Shown: positions 11,442 to 24,200 of the stretch, one piece after another
How positions within the stretch are numbered: position 1 is the first letter of the stretch
Layout: the number at the start of each line of letters is the position of its first letter
NCBI RefSeq assembly: GCF_902459465.1
Contig: NC_047062.1
Coordinates: forward strand, 20,398,001 to 20,462,000
Direction of reading: 5' to 3'
Length of the DNA stretch: 64,000 nt
Source of the DNA: Asterias rubens
Lineage: Eukaryota
The notes under the pieces: model-generated
Told to the model about the DNA's origin: nothing
The model's input: only the letters and a program-made list of their open reading frames with translations
The model's database searches: none
Program-made: the position numbers and the translations under genes

Positions 11442-12869
11442 TTAATTTGGTCAATTGGGACGACTGAAGGATGATGTTTGGACGGCGATTGTAGCGGGGA
11501 AAAAACCGATTATCTTCTATAAGAATAACGAATGAAACGTATATATACCATCACAGTTGTGCAAACTTGAGCTGACCAGTAATTGCATTTATTACATGGA
11601 AATACATGTGTGTACAAGTCGCCCCCACCCTCCCCCAACTTGGACGTAGCTTATTTCATAGTACAGTTTTCATCAAAGACGATAGCCTTGGGAAAGTACA
11701 TCAGTACATCTATGGCATTTCATGGATGTCTTTCAAACTAGCATAAAATACATCACTTGATCTGCTTGAAAAATAAATATTGTGAATCGGAAGCAACGAT
11801 GGGCTACAATGGTGCACCCTTTATACCAATCTTTGGTTATATATGGTTTGTGAATTGTTAGTTACATTTTACAGGTAAAACATGAACATTACAGACAGAG
11901 TAAAATTGGGTTTAGTATTCAAAAGGAACATTAAAATTAACACAAGCAGACAACTTTATGCAGACATGTCTGGAATCATTTCAGACACATGCACCGCATG
12001 AATCTGATGATATCGATGGAGCACTTCATCAAGTCCACCCACTCCAAAAAACAGCCCCATACGTCACTACCATTGCCCTACATAAGAAAAGGCTTCGGGG
12101 TACCAAACATTTGCGTAGATCATTGATCACAATTCAATGCGATGCAAGAGTAAGAATTATACACCCTTCCACCATGGTCAATTTCAAAACAGTGGAATGA
12201 AGCCCACTTTGCGTGTTATAACTAGTTTGTAATCAGAAAATCATTCTCTGGTCTAATCACTAAATAGCGGAGAACCAATGTTAGGTGATCGAACCTTTCG
12301 TCTGCGCTGTAAAAATACTTCTTCAGTTTGCGATGAAAAATTATGTTTTCGCGTGAAAGAACAAACTCAAAAATTATTTAAATAGATTATCGTAAAATTA
12401 TGAAAGCGGTAGTGTAGCAGATTAAGATCCTAAGTTTACGTTTGTTTGCTCGGTGTCCGCGTCATCAACATGATAAGGTCAGCGACTGGGGTCCGTACTA
12501 TATACTTTGCACGCTGATGCCTGTGGGCCAGGCATGTGGGCAGGAACTTCAGTAAAACGCTTAGGGGGGAATGAAATCATAATCCGTACAATTCCAACGT
12601 GCTTTAATGTTAACCATTGACATTTGATGCATCTGGGGCATGTCCAGATTGACAAACAATACGAGAGGGTTTGGTGGTATTTTTCATTAAGGGTGCAATT
12701 GTAGATATTGACACAGGCTTTGGAACGGTGATGGGGAATGTACTTGTTACTTTAAACATCTACATGTGTTGAATCACTCTGTGTGTGTGTGTTTTGCCTG
12801 AACCGGATACCCTTGCGGTGAGGTACTGGTATCTCCGTTGGGATGCATTTGGTGAAATCAGAACTGCCG

Positions 12870-13500
12870 TCGACTCATCAGAATACTTCTAGGGTTATCT
12901 GCCGTCGACTTCACCAAACTCTTCCTAACTTAGGACTAGTATTAAAGTAGGATTTGAAACTTTAATGCATGGTGGAAGTACGATGTAGTAAAAGTTTGCG
13001 GTAACACCATGTAATGATACATGGTCACAAATAAGTTGGGCTAGTTCTGAAAAGAAGAAACCAACGATTCTCCTCAGAACCGGCCCAACTCGTGGCCTGT
13101 CTTGTAAAATGCATTTAGGGGGATTATCATTATACGCTGTTACCGCAAACCTTGACTATATAGGATTAATCTTAGAATTTAGGACGAGTAACCATGTAGA
13201 CGTTAGGACGAATTGAACCCATCCCAAGTTGGGACGAGTAACTCGTCCTAACTCGAGATAGGATTAATTATTTAGCGTTTCGTGAAAATGGCTGCTGGTG
13301 GATACGGTTAATTTTGAGTGCACCAGAGTTTTTTCAAATGAACTTTGCATGGTTGATGGGAAATATCTTGTGAGGTTTATAATAGTTATACCAGTTGTCA
13401 AGCACCAGTTCTTTTGAGAACCAACACTACTCAAATAAGATGTCTACATGGTGATACCGTAAACCTCACATGATTATACTTCCACCATGCAAAGTTTCAA
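12870..13500. mobile_element. Nest of MITE fragments (taggac-palindrome family and gcatggtggaagt family)
   Basis: tcctaacttaggact-type motifs shared with 27561-27732. Inverted pairs aaagtttgcggtaac/gttaccgcaaacc and tttgcatgg..tgtgaggttta/taaacctcaca..ccatgcaaa. Confidence 0.55.
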
Positions 13501-15227
13501 ACCCTACTTATCTTGTTTTGAGTCGTGGTTCACTGTTCCTCCTCATCAGACCTCAGTTGTTGGTTTGAATGTTATTGTTATACTTCCTATATCGTATCAT
13601 GATGTCATCAAATCTTCAATCATGTTCTGTATTTTTAAAGTTATCACATTCGCCTTTTTTAAAACTGAACGGCACTTTTAACATGTATTCCGTTTCAGTT
13701 TGTTTTCCTAAGTGTTTGTAATGTAAGACATTCGTCTGCTTGTGTGTATATAACCCTAAAGAACATGAACACACCCCGCGCTAATCGAGTAAACAATAAG
13801 TTTCCTTTAGGGTTCAAACTCAATACACGGTCCATGCTTGTACATAGTGCTCCACGGTGTTTATTCCCGATCCATCTACAGCTTGGTTGGCCGGTGGACA
13901 TTTCACTAGACTATAAGAACACTGGTTTGCATCTGTTACGGAAACGTTGGCGATCGAAGCAAGCAATCGAGTGCCTATTCTATTTCCACATAACCCTCTA
14001 CTTCAGTGTACCATGTATACAGCTATGACCAATATGAGTCACTCGAGATTTATATTGTAGAATTTATATTTTATAAGAAAACATCGTAGTTGAGCGAGCT
14101 GCGGGAGTGCGAAGTTGTGTTTATTTTTATGGTTTGGTTCCGTTTTCCGTATTTGTTTTGCCATTACGAATGTGAGTATAAAAAAATTATTGCCTGAAGC
14201 CCAACCCACAATGTAACTCCAATCTACATAATGCTGTAGGCCTATATGGTGGTTCTATCATGCACCGGAACAGAGATGGAACAAAATTTATAATTTCGTC
14301 AGAGAAAACTGCCAATGACGTTTCCCCCAAATTCAGGCAGTCACATGATTGTTTGCGCCCTGACGTCGCTTGTATTATCATTCATACAAATTGTATGTTT
14401 AGACTGCAAATAGAAGCTGCCAAAATCCGATACCCGTCCAATTCAAATGTATTAAGTTTCTATACTTGTCCGAAACTAGACTGCTCTAAATATACACACT
14501 GTTCAAACTGTTTCCAATTAGGGAAGATCATGCAAAGTGCTTTAAACCTAAGTTAGCCTACACTCCATCTGCGAAATCGAGCATTGATAAAGCATGGAAC
14601 TGGACTCGGCGCTAAAATACTGCATTATGTTTCTTCTGTTGAAACTCTATCGTCTTTCACTCAGCGGTTGAGAACTATAACCTTGTGGCAGAGACTAGTT
14701 TATATATAATAATTGTTCTGAACATCGGTGAAAGTTAAAGATTCGTCATGCTTATCAGCTCAAAAACAAAGCACAGGATTGAAACTTAATGAAAAGGGGA
14801 ACGATTTGGGGCTTATTTACAACGGAATACTTATCTAGTTCATTTACCATTGTATCATTCATCCAGATAAATATTTCCATGAGAAATAATTGCCCAATAC
14901 ATATGGCCACGTGACGTCATTAAAGTAGGGCGCCCTTGCCAGCAAAGGTTGCTCATGGGCCCATCATGTTAGCTGCGCGTTGTGAATGTGCGTTTAACCG
15001 CCAATTGTCCATTAGGAGATCGCATTTAAAGCCCAGGACACAATAAACAATATCCATAGATTTACGTTTTACTTACACGGTTTGAAAATACTTATTACTT
15101 ACTGAGGTGCTGCAGTTTTTGAGAAATTAGTCAAACAAGCCGCGAAAATAATTTTCATCAATGATACCCCAAATACCAACGAATCGTTATCCGTCTGTTT
15201 TTCTCTGTTTTTTTCCCCCTATCTCAG

Positions 15228-18200
15228 TTTAAAATCCACGGTTTCACCCGGCTGCTGTTCCGCTGGAAGGCCAGCGTCTACAAACTCTTGTGGCGAGAGA
15301 TGTTGATATTCCTGTTGATGTATGGCTTAGTCAGTGCCATCTACCGCTTAGCACTCCAACCTGACAGCCAAACCAAATTCGAGCATCTAGCCGTCTATGC
15401 CTACGACTATACCAAAGTGTTCCCTATAAGTTTCGTACTCGGCTTCTACGTGACAGTTGTTTTTGACAGGTGAGTTTGATGTATATTCATTTCAGTTTTA
15501 CCCATACACCAATGTATGTTAGCGCTGTATACTCAGTATTTTCCCGAGTTCTGTGGGGAAAAACACATGCATGTTACTCTGGTAGGATTCGAACCCACAA
15601 ATTCTAGAGCAGTGTCATGCCAACTAGACCACCTAGATTGCCCGGTAGCTAGAGTTTGATGTAGCTGTTTACATCATGAACACATTTTTCTTCTTCACGC
15701 AGCATCTTGTATTTTCCTTGTTAATAATTCGTGTGAGGCAAACCGAGTATAAATAGCAGGGAAGTCATGACTATACAGTTGTTTGCAGAGTACACGACAA
15801 AACGGTTGTCAGTAAAAGACGCATTTAGCCAAATTGTACAATATTGGTCACGTACTTTTAGAATCAAGGTCAACCTGACGTAATACAACCATAATGTCCC
15901 CATTGCAATATATGGCAGTCCATACAATTGACTGTTTATATGCGAATGGTGGACCTATATCTTATGTAGGCCCCCTATGGTATATTTTTCAATACTTGTT
16001 TGTAATTATTCAGGGAGGTAGATGACGTCACCGGCGCTCATCAAACTGACCACGCCCATTCAATGCATAATGCAATGTCACAGAGCGACCACACACACAT
16101 TGACAATAATTAAAGCTCACTGCACGTTTATCCAATGAAATCACCGGTTCTGTAAAAACCAATACCTGTATTTTCTTGCGGATAAAGAGGGAGACCAGTC
16201 TGCTCAACACACAACTCCGCATCAGCTTACCCACACACGCCCTCTATTGAGATTTTTAACTCTTACTGAAAGTACATAGACTTGTTCCCTGTCTTTATCA
16301 CCAAGGTCAAATACGATTCATTCGATTATAATGTGTTTTTGTGACGCATGCAAGTATGTTGCTTTGCTGGTATGCATGCGTTGAACCCCAAGGTGCAACT
16401 GCCGCGTACGAAGCCATGTAAGAGCAACCGAATTGTCAAAGCATAGTGTGCACCCGAACCAAGCGACTTCAGCTGTGTTGACTTATTATGTGGCATCCAT
16501 TGATATCAGCTCCAACATTGCTGTTTTCGAATGCATTCACACGTTTCTTGTGTTTTCTGTGGGAGGATGGAGATTACCATATTGTTTGGGTGGGTAGTGC
16601 GGGCACGAGGGTTCTTGACTCTGGTGGTTTGAACAATGTACGCACTCGCTCTCGCCACAGTTTTAAAACTGAATGTCAAATCTTGGGCCGGTGTGGCAGG
16701 AGCTTCTGTGTGCCCCGCCCCCTCGGAGATTCGTCCCCCATACGGCAACTGTGTATACATTTCTTCTGATAGCGCCCTCTTTTGAATCATCCTCGTCCAA
16801 CCCATCGGGGACCGAATCTCAGAGGGACCGAATTCCCTGGGACATCGGCAGTGGCTCTTGTCGTCACGCTAGTGGCAAAGGGAAGAAACTAACGGTACCA
16901 TTCTTTTTCCGGTTGAGATTGCTTTGACCCTGCCCGGACATTAACGGTAGGGGCCCCGTTCATGTTGTGCCCAGCTGTCGGTCATCACTTTATAACTCGG
17001 TATACCACTAGGCTCCTTACCGAGCAAGCCAAGGTCCATACGCGCCAACACTCCCGGGGGTACTCCTGATGACCGTAACACCGTTTCGGGTGGTGCTTTT
17101 TTACATGAATGGTTTACACAGTATGCATACAGATTTTATTGCCGCTGTAATGACATTAGCCCTGGAAATGAGAGGCATTTAATTTAATCAGCTTTAGAAT
17201 TGCGGGGTGCTATTACTGCAACCGTATACTGGATGTACTATTTTTTTGAAAGGATGATGAATAGTGGGATAGTAGCACTTCACTTTGAAGAAGAAACCAT
17301 TGGAATTGTCATGAACAGCACGCCATTAAAGTTGATATCATTGATTGTACAGTCATTGCAGAGAATATTGATTTATACACCTTGGTGGTCATTTTATTTG
17401 TCCATAATTGGACGTTAGTTTCTTTGATTAGGAAAGATGGTTCAAGATTGCGTTGTCCATTTGTCGTGGTCTTACTTTTTAGTGGATGGGTGTAAAAAGG
17501 GTGATTGAATTTGGTAAAAAACAATCACCGTTTCAGAAGAGTTTCTTCAATTTCAATGACTTTAGACTCTATACCAAAGAGGGAAAATAGTTTGTTAAAA
17601 TGAGTGCAACATAAATCTGAATTATTAATGTATGTATGGTTTATACTGCTCCATGTGTTTGTTTACAGTTGAGACGATATGTAACAATTTAAATAAAGGA
17701 TGCATCGATGTATAAAATCAGATGACTTGGCAAACTAAACTAAATAAAGAAAGATTAATCACTGAGTTGGATGGAACATAGAATAATGTCCATTTTGTTT
17801 ACCTCGCTAATGAATCTATTAATTCTGTTTGCCATCCTCTCCGGTAGTATTCCGGTGAGTCGGAACAAAACCACCCCAATTTGCTCAGGCCGAGTACCCA
17901 CGCCATACGGTTGCGTGCTGGGCTTGATTTCATTAGGCGGTAATCAGTGAGTCCGGTTATAGCCGTCCCGGCAGCGATGACAGCTTGCTGAGCTGGATGC
18001 ATAATTCTGATTATTTTATACCGTGGACTAAAAAGGGTTCCCGTGTGCTCTCAAAGCGAGTGGGAAGAGAGAACAAGGAGAGTGGTAGGTCCATGACTAT
18101 CATAGCTGAATCAAGAACAGGGCTATTTAAAAATAGCGAGAATCCATGAGAGGGGAAGAGGGAGAGAAAGCGTCAATCGATGGTGATCAAATAAAGACAT

Positions 18201-21200
18201 TTTATACGAATTATAAATTTCTGCACTTGTGCTATGTGTGTTGGCAAAGTATTCAGGTTTTATATGCAGGTTGGAAGTGAGCGCAATTGACCTGAATTTC
18301 GTTGCAGCTGTTATTTTGTTTTAGTATTCCCTTGCCCACGAGATGAGTCTGAAGTGAAATGGTCTATTCCTAATCTATCTTTTTGAAATGTAAAAGTAAA
18401 AAGAAATGAAAAACTCAATACTATAAATATTTAACACTATAAATATTTAAAATGTCTTTGTTATGATTGTTGCACTGTGCCAGTATGGTGTTTTTCAAGT
18501 TTTTTGTTTGTTAATGAAAAAAGTTAGTACATGATGGCCAGTATTCGACATGCAATCAATAATGATGATTTACTTCTTTGTCTTTGACGATACCATGTGG
18601 AAAATGTACAGCACAAGTTGAGTCCTCTTATGTTCTAGTTATAATAAGCATAAAGGCTGATGATCAAAAGCCTTTTATGTATGGTTCTATGGTGACTAAC
18701 AGAACATCTTGCTGTTCACCGCCGGCACTCTGGCTACAAATCGTTAAAATCTCTCAATAGAGGTATCGCTGTGGCCCTAACGTGTCTATCGGTAAAGAGT
18801 TCGTTCACACCTCTGACATTAGACTTGGTTCCAAGTCTGTGACCGTGGCTTTTAGTCTACCCGATAGGCAATACATTATTGCCTGCAATAGCGCTCTCTT
18901 GTCAGATTAACCTCTGTCATTTGCCTTAACGATCACCATATTGCGTGGGGGAGTTTTTCGTGGCTGATGCAGAGAAATAAGCACAATCTTAGACTTGAAA
19001 TCAAGTCTACTTTGAAATCAATCAAATGATTCGTTTCTTTACAAACATTATACAGGTGGTGGACTCAGTTCAAAGCTATCCCATGGCCAGACCGCGTGGT
19101 ATACAACGTAGCTGCCCATGTGCTTGGCAATGACGAGGAGGCACGCATCATACGCAGGACCCTCGTGCGGTACGTCAACCTGTCCGCAGTTATGATCTTC
19201 CGAACCGGTAGCAAGAGGGTGAAGAAAAGGTTCCCAACACTCACGCATATTGTAGAAGCAGGTACGTAGTTGGTAGTGAGTTAAACGCTCCCCTTCAAGG
19301 TTACCACTTTCAATCCCAGAAGGATGACACTTTGCCCTTACACACGCCAACTTATGGGGTACTTTGTGGGAAGTACTTTGGTGAAGAAACGGTTCCCAAC
19401 ACTTGCGCATATTGTAGAAGCAGGGTACGTTGGTAGTGAGCACAATGCCCCCTCCATGTCAACCACTTTCAGTCTCAGAATGAAGACAAAAAAATGATGT
19501 AGGTTAAGAGTGCCCTTATACACACGCCAACTTTAAGGGGTACTTGTAACAATGGAACAATGCTACCCCACAAAGTTTATTTGTTATAAAGTGGTACCCC
19601 ACAGAGGATTTCCTCAGAAAAGGGAATTATAATGGAACAACAATAGCAGGACCCTTGTATTCCGGATTCGTAAAGGGTTTGCGCTCACAAAACTTAACTT
19701 TATCAATTTGACAGTGCTTACTTACTTGTCCTCAAATCATGATGGTTCTCCATGCCTTTTTGTCCCCCAATTTTACAGTATTGTTGAACTCGAAGATAAC
19801 TGCAACTATTTGTTTGCTGTTTGTGAACAGACCTTTACGGTGCGGCCATCTTGAATTTCTCCCATCGATATCAATAATTACCAAACCGAGAATGGATAAA
19901 CTAAATAGTCTGGTTCAAATTTTTTAAATGATTATTAGCATTAAATATTGTTAGTCGATACGAGGAACATGACCAAGTATGGAGGCAGCACGATAAAGGT
20001 ATGTCGTAATCAAACATAGCACGAAGCGGACAGCCAAATAGGAGCCTTGTGGATACACGTCACCTAAAGATACAGTATCAAACTAATTGAGTTTGATTGG
20101 ACCAAGAAGTAGATAGAATACGTTTTCCAGCATGAGTTATCTCAAAAAATATTGATTATTATAATCTTTCTCTGCCCATCTCCTTAATTATACTCATGTA
20201 TTAGGAATAATGACAGAAGAGGAGAGAAATATTTTAAGAGACCTGGCATCGGATCATCCCAAGTATTGGGTCCCTTGTGTGTGGTTTATAAACTTAACTC
20301 GGATGACGAGGAAACAAGGAAGGATAGTCAGCGATCCTGCCATGAAAACAATAGTAGACGTGAGTTCTCTTTGATACATGTTGAATTGATACTTCTTATT
20401 CACATTAGTAGGCCGTGTCCGAATTAGCGGCTACAGTTACGGCTACGGCTAGATTTTTGCGTCATCATGCGTTGAAGTATAGGAGGAGGTCCTTAGGAAC
20501 ACTTAGCAACAGTCGTAGCCGTGGCTGTAGCTGCCAATTCGGAAACGGCCTTAGGAATATTGTCACTCCATTTAGTACATGATCGCTTTTTACCAATTGT
20601 GCACAGTGCCTTTACCATTACCTCATTTGGAATGTATGCTAATGATGTTTGTAAGTGCCACTCGCACGTCCGCAGACAACCAAGGAAAGCATAATCTGGG
20701 CATCCTATATCGAACGCAATTACCTCAGCTGGAGTCATTATCGTGGCATTTCAACTCAGATTGGATCCAGCCAGGACCCCTGGGTCTTTAGCAACTATAG
20801 AATAATGGCTTTGCACAGCGGTTAAACTAATACAACTGAGCGCCAAAACAAAACAACTTCATATGGATGTTTTTTTCAGAGTATAATTATTTCTTTGTAG
20901 TTTGTTCTTTCCTGTGTGCCTGCAGGTAAAATTTTGCTCGTTGTGGCATGTAATTTTTTTAATGTTATTTTGCTTTCAGGAATTGAATAATTTCCGCGAT
21001 AAATGTGATGAATTGTACGGATTTGACTGGATCATTGTACCTCTAGTGTATACACAGGTAAGCCAAAAACAAGCTCCAGGTTCCACCCCATAGTGGGCTC
21101 CGTGGCACGGCCTGAACCCAATTTCATAGAGCTAGCTTAACAATTATCTACTAGCAAAAATGAGCAGGATACCAGTCATAATTCGTACACTCGACACGGT

Positions 21201-24200
21201 GGCTTAGCTGGTAACCTTACTCTGGTAAGCATAACTTTGTTGTGCTTAACTCCTTTTTGTGCCTAAGCAGCTTTATGAAATAGGGCCCAGGTCGGTGTTA
21301 AGGCACATGCTTAAGTAGTCCTACCAATTGTCTAAAGCGCCATCTAAAGCAATTTCAGTGTTAGGCACCCCATTAGGTACCACCCTCAGACACGGATATC
21401 TGCTCGATACCTTTGATATCTAGCAACTTGATTGTTCAACTGTTTCGAGTCTAATTTCCGCCCAGCCGTCATCATTCTTTCTCAGCTCCCCATCACTGCC
21501 GTGGTTTTATTCTCGCCGACCGAATAGTCCCCCTTATATCCTCCGGGCCTACAACACAGTATACAATGTGTGTCATGATGGTTCACCAAACGGTAAATAC
21601 CGCCGCTCTGTGCTGGTATAATATCTTCTGCCAAGATTGAACACAATCCTCGGGGTATTTACGAAACAAATACGCGGGATTAAACCGGGATTGGAGTGTA
21701 AATTCGCGGCTCGTGCAAACAAAAGAGAACCCTTGCCGTCATAATAAAACACGTCTGCTGTGTTTTTGATACCGGTGTGTTTGAAACTCAGTAAGATTTA
21801 GTTCAGAAGGATAGCTGACATGCCGATGCGATGAACATGAAACTGCTCATGAAAGTATGAAGTTTATAATAATAAGAAAATCTTTTTTTGTCGAGCTCGG
21901 ACAAGCTAGATTTGTCAAGAACCTTTATACTTCATTGACAGACAGTAGCAACCATTTGAGAAGAAAAAAAACGATAAGCCAAAACACTTTCGTGTGTATT
22001 CGTCAAGTTCCTCATTTTGAATGTTTGAATTTAGAATGGACCCTTTACATTCTGAAAACATGGAATCTTTCTTTGAAGATGGTTCCCCTTTAACAAAGCA
22101 GCCTTCCTCCTTATTTGAAGATGAGATGAATCACACAATCCAGATTCTACTTTGTAAAATATTCCTCCGATGATTTTGAGCAGGCTGCTTTCTTCTGGAA
22201 AGCGAAGAGAAAAAACCCATAATCAATCGGGTTGAAATACTAGACGGATTGACGTATACCTTGGAGCAATATTCGCGGGAATAAGAACAAAACACGGACA
22301 TGATGACGGAGAGCAGACGCGCGAAGGTGGACAAAAATAGGCGACAGGCATCGCTATATAGGAGAAGAATGAGAAAAAGCAAGGAGTGTTTGCTGAAAGT
22401 GAAGCTTTTTGGGGGATTCAAAGCGTAGCGAGGCAAAGTTTGACGTGTGTGGACGAATTCGAATCTATCGAGTTTTTGTTATCTCGAAGACAGTACAGTG
22501 ATTATTATAGTGAGCATTATGTACTGAATACACGGTCTCCCGTTCTTTATGTAACGTTTGAGTGTCTGGAGAGCATAAATATTGAACGTTGAAAGAAAGT
22601 ATTAATATGAACATGGATCCTCCTCAGTTTCAAAACCTTGTGTGGCAATAAATTAGCAAAATGCGTACGTCTTGCATGATTTACACATGACAGAGCCTAA
22701 CACAAACAAAACACCCACACTGGTAATGACAACATACACGTTGAATTACAAGGTGTGAGACACAATGAAAAATGTTTGACTTTGACCCTGTCTTTAATTG
22801 AAGCAATACTTTTTCAGAAAAAGGCAAACTAGAATTTAATAATTCTCAAAGAGCACAACTAAAGTGAAAAAGCAAGTTTTCTTCTAATAACAATTAAAGA
22901 GCAATTTCTTCATTTAATGAACAACATCCCAAACTGGAGTAACAACACATCTCAATGTGTTTCTGGTTTGTACATCTCACCATGCTTGAAACCAATTTAT
23001 TTAAGACATTATTTATTTACGAGCGCTCCGGGCAGCAATCACCCAAAATGATATCTTCCGAGATCTAACTCCGGCAAGTACACGCGGCGGTAAACGCTCA
23101 CTCATGCTGCATTTTCATAATTTTGTTTCCCGCCCGAATGTGGTGTATGTAAATCTAAAATGTACACATTGTTACCGTGCTATGTGCCCAGACATTATGC
23201 ATGGGAAGTCACTGCCGTATGGGCCCCGAAGCGATCGTATGTTGAAACACGGGAGGTCGGTGAGCAAATCTTAAAGCAAAATTTTTGGTTTTTGTCCCTT
23301 CTCCTTCCTCTGTCAATTTGGGATCGACCTTCAGTTTAAAAGAATTAAGATTGTTTGCAGTAGGGCAGGTATTAAGTTTTTAGTTGTGTTGCCAGTCTTA
23401 TCAAGACAACTTTCTGGATAAGTAAAATACAACTCACGACAATGTTAACTTTAACTATTGTCTGAAAATAGTGCTTTTTATTTGCCAGTCCCTCGTGATA
23501 GACTCGATCATGTGATCGCGTAAATTTGTTATTTAAGAAAACGAGAGGAAAAGCGGTCAAGGCAAACTTGCAATTAGTCTTCAATTTGAATCAACATTTT
23601 ATTGAGTCGCTATAAGGTGGGTGGCCCACAGGGAATTATGTCCACCGGAGATTCGGTCCCCCATATGGGAAATTAACATTGGCTGCAGGAGGAGGGTTCA
23701 AAAGAGGGCGCTATCAGATGAAGTTTGTATGTCATATTGGGGGAGCTGAAACACCAAACCTTCGGGGGGGGGGGCGGGACACACAGAATCTCCTGCCATA
23801 AGGGCATACAAGCCTGCTATTTACCACCATTCTTTACTGTGTCTTTTCTCTGTCGCAGGTTGTTACCATAGCAACGTATAGCTATTTTGTAGCTTGTCTT
23901 CTGGGGCGGCAGTACCTCGACCCGGATAAGAAGATCGAGGGACACACCATAGACTTGTTTTTCCCTGGCTTTACGCTTTTAGAATTTGTTTTCTATGTTG
24001 GATGGTTAAAGGTAAGATTTCTACTCAATCAAAATATGACGCACACGCAGCGTTGGGCGACAGAGGGCGGTCTAGGTCTTCTTTGAGAACGCACGTACAG
24101 TCTCATTTCATTCATCACCACTTGTGCTGTGTTCCGTTAGAAGGAGGGCTATCATCAATAAGAGATTTGCGTCAGAAAGTGCAACACTAATGTCTATCGG

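Noticed and set aside
17060-17090. CTGATGA motifs (also ~6824, ~37030) as hammerheads or C/D snoRNA boxes
   Set aside because: No correctly placed GAAA/stem II or partner box with a terminal stem.
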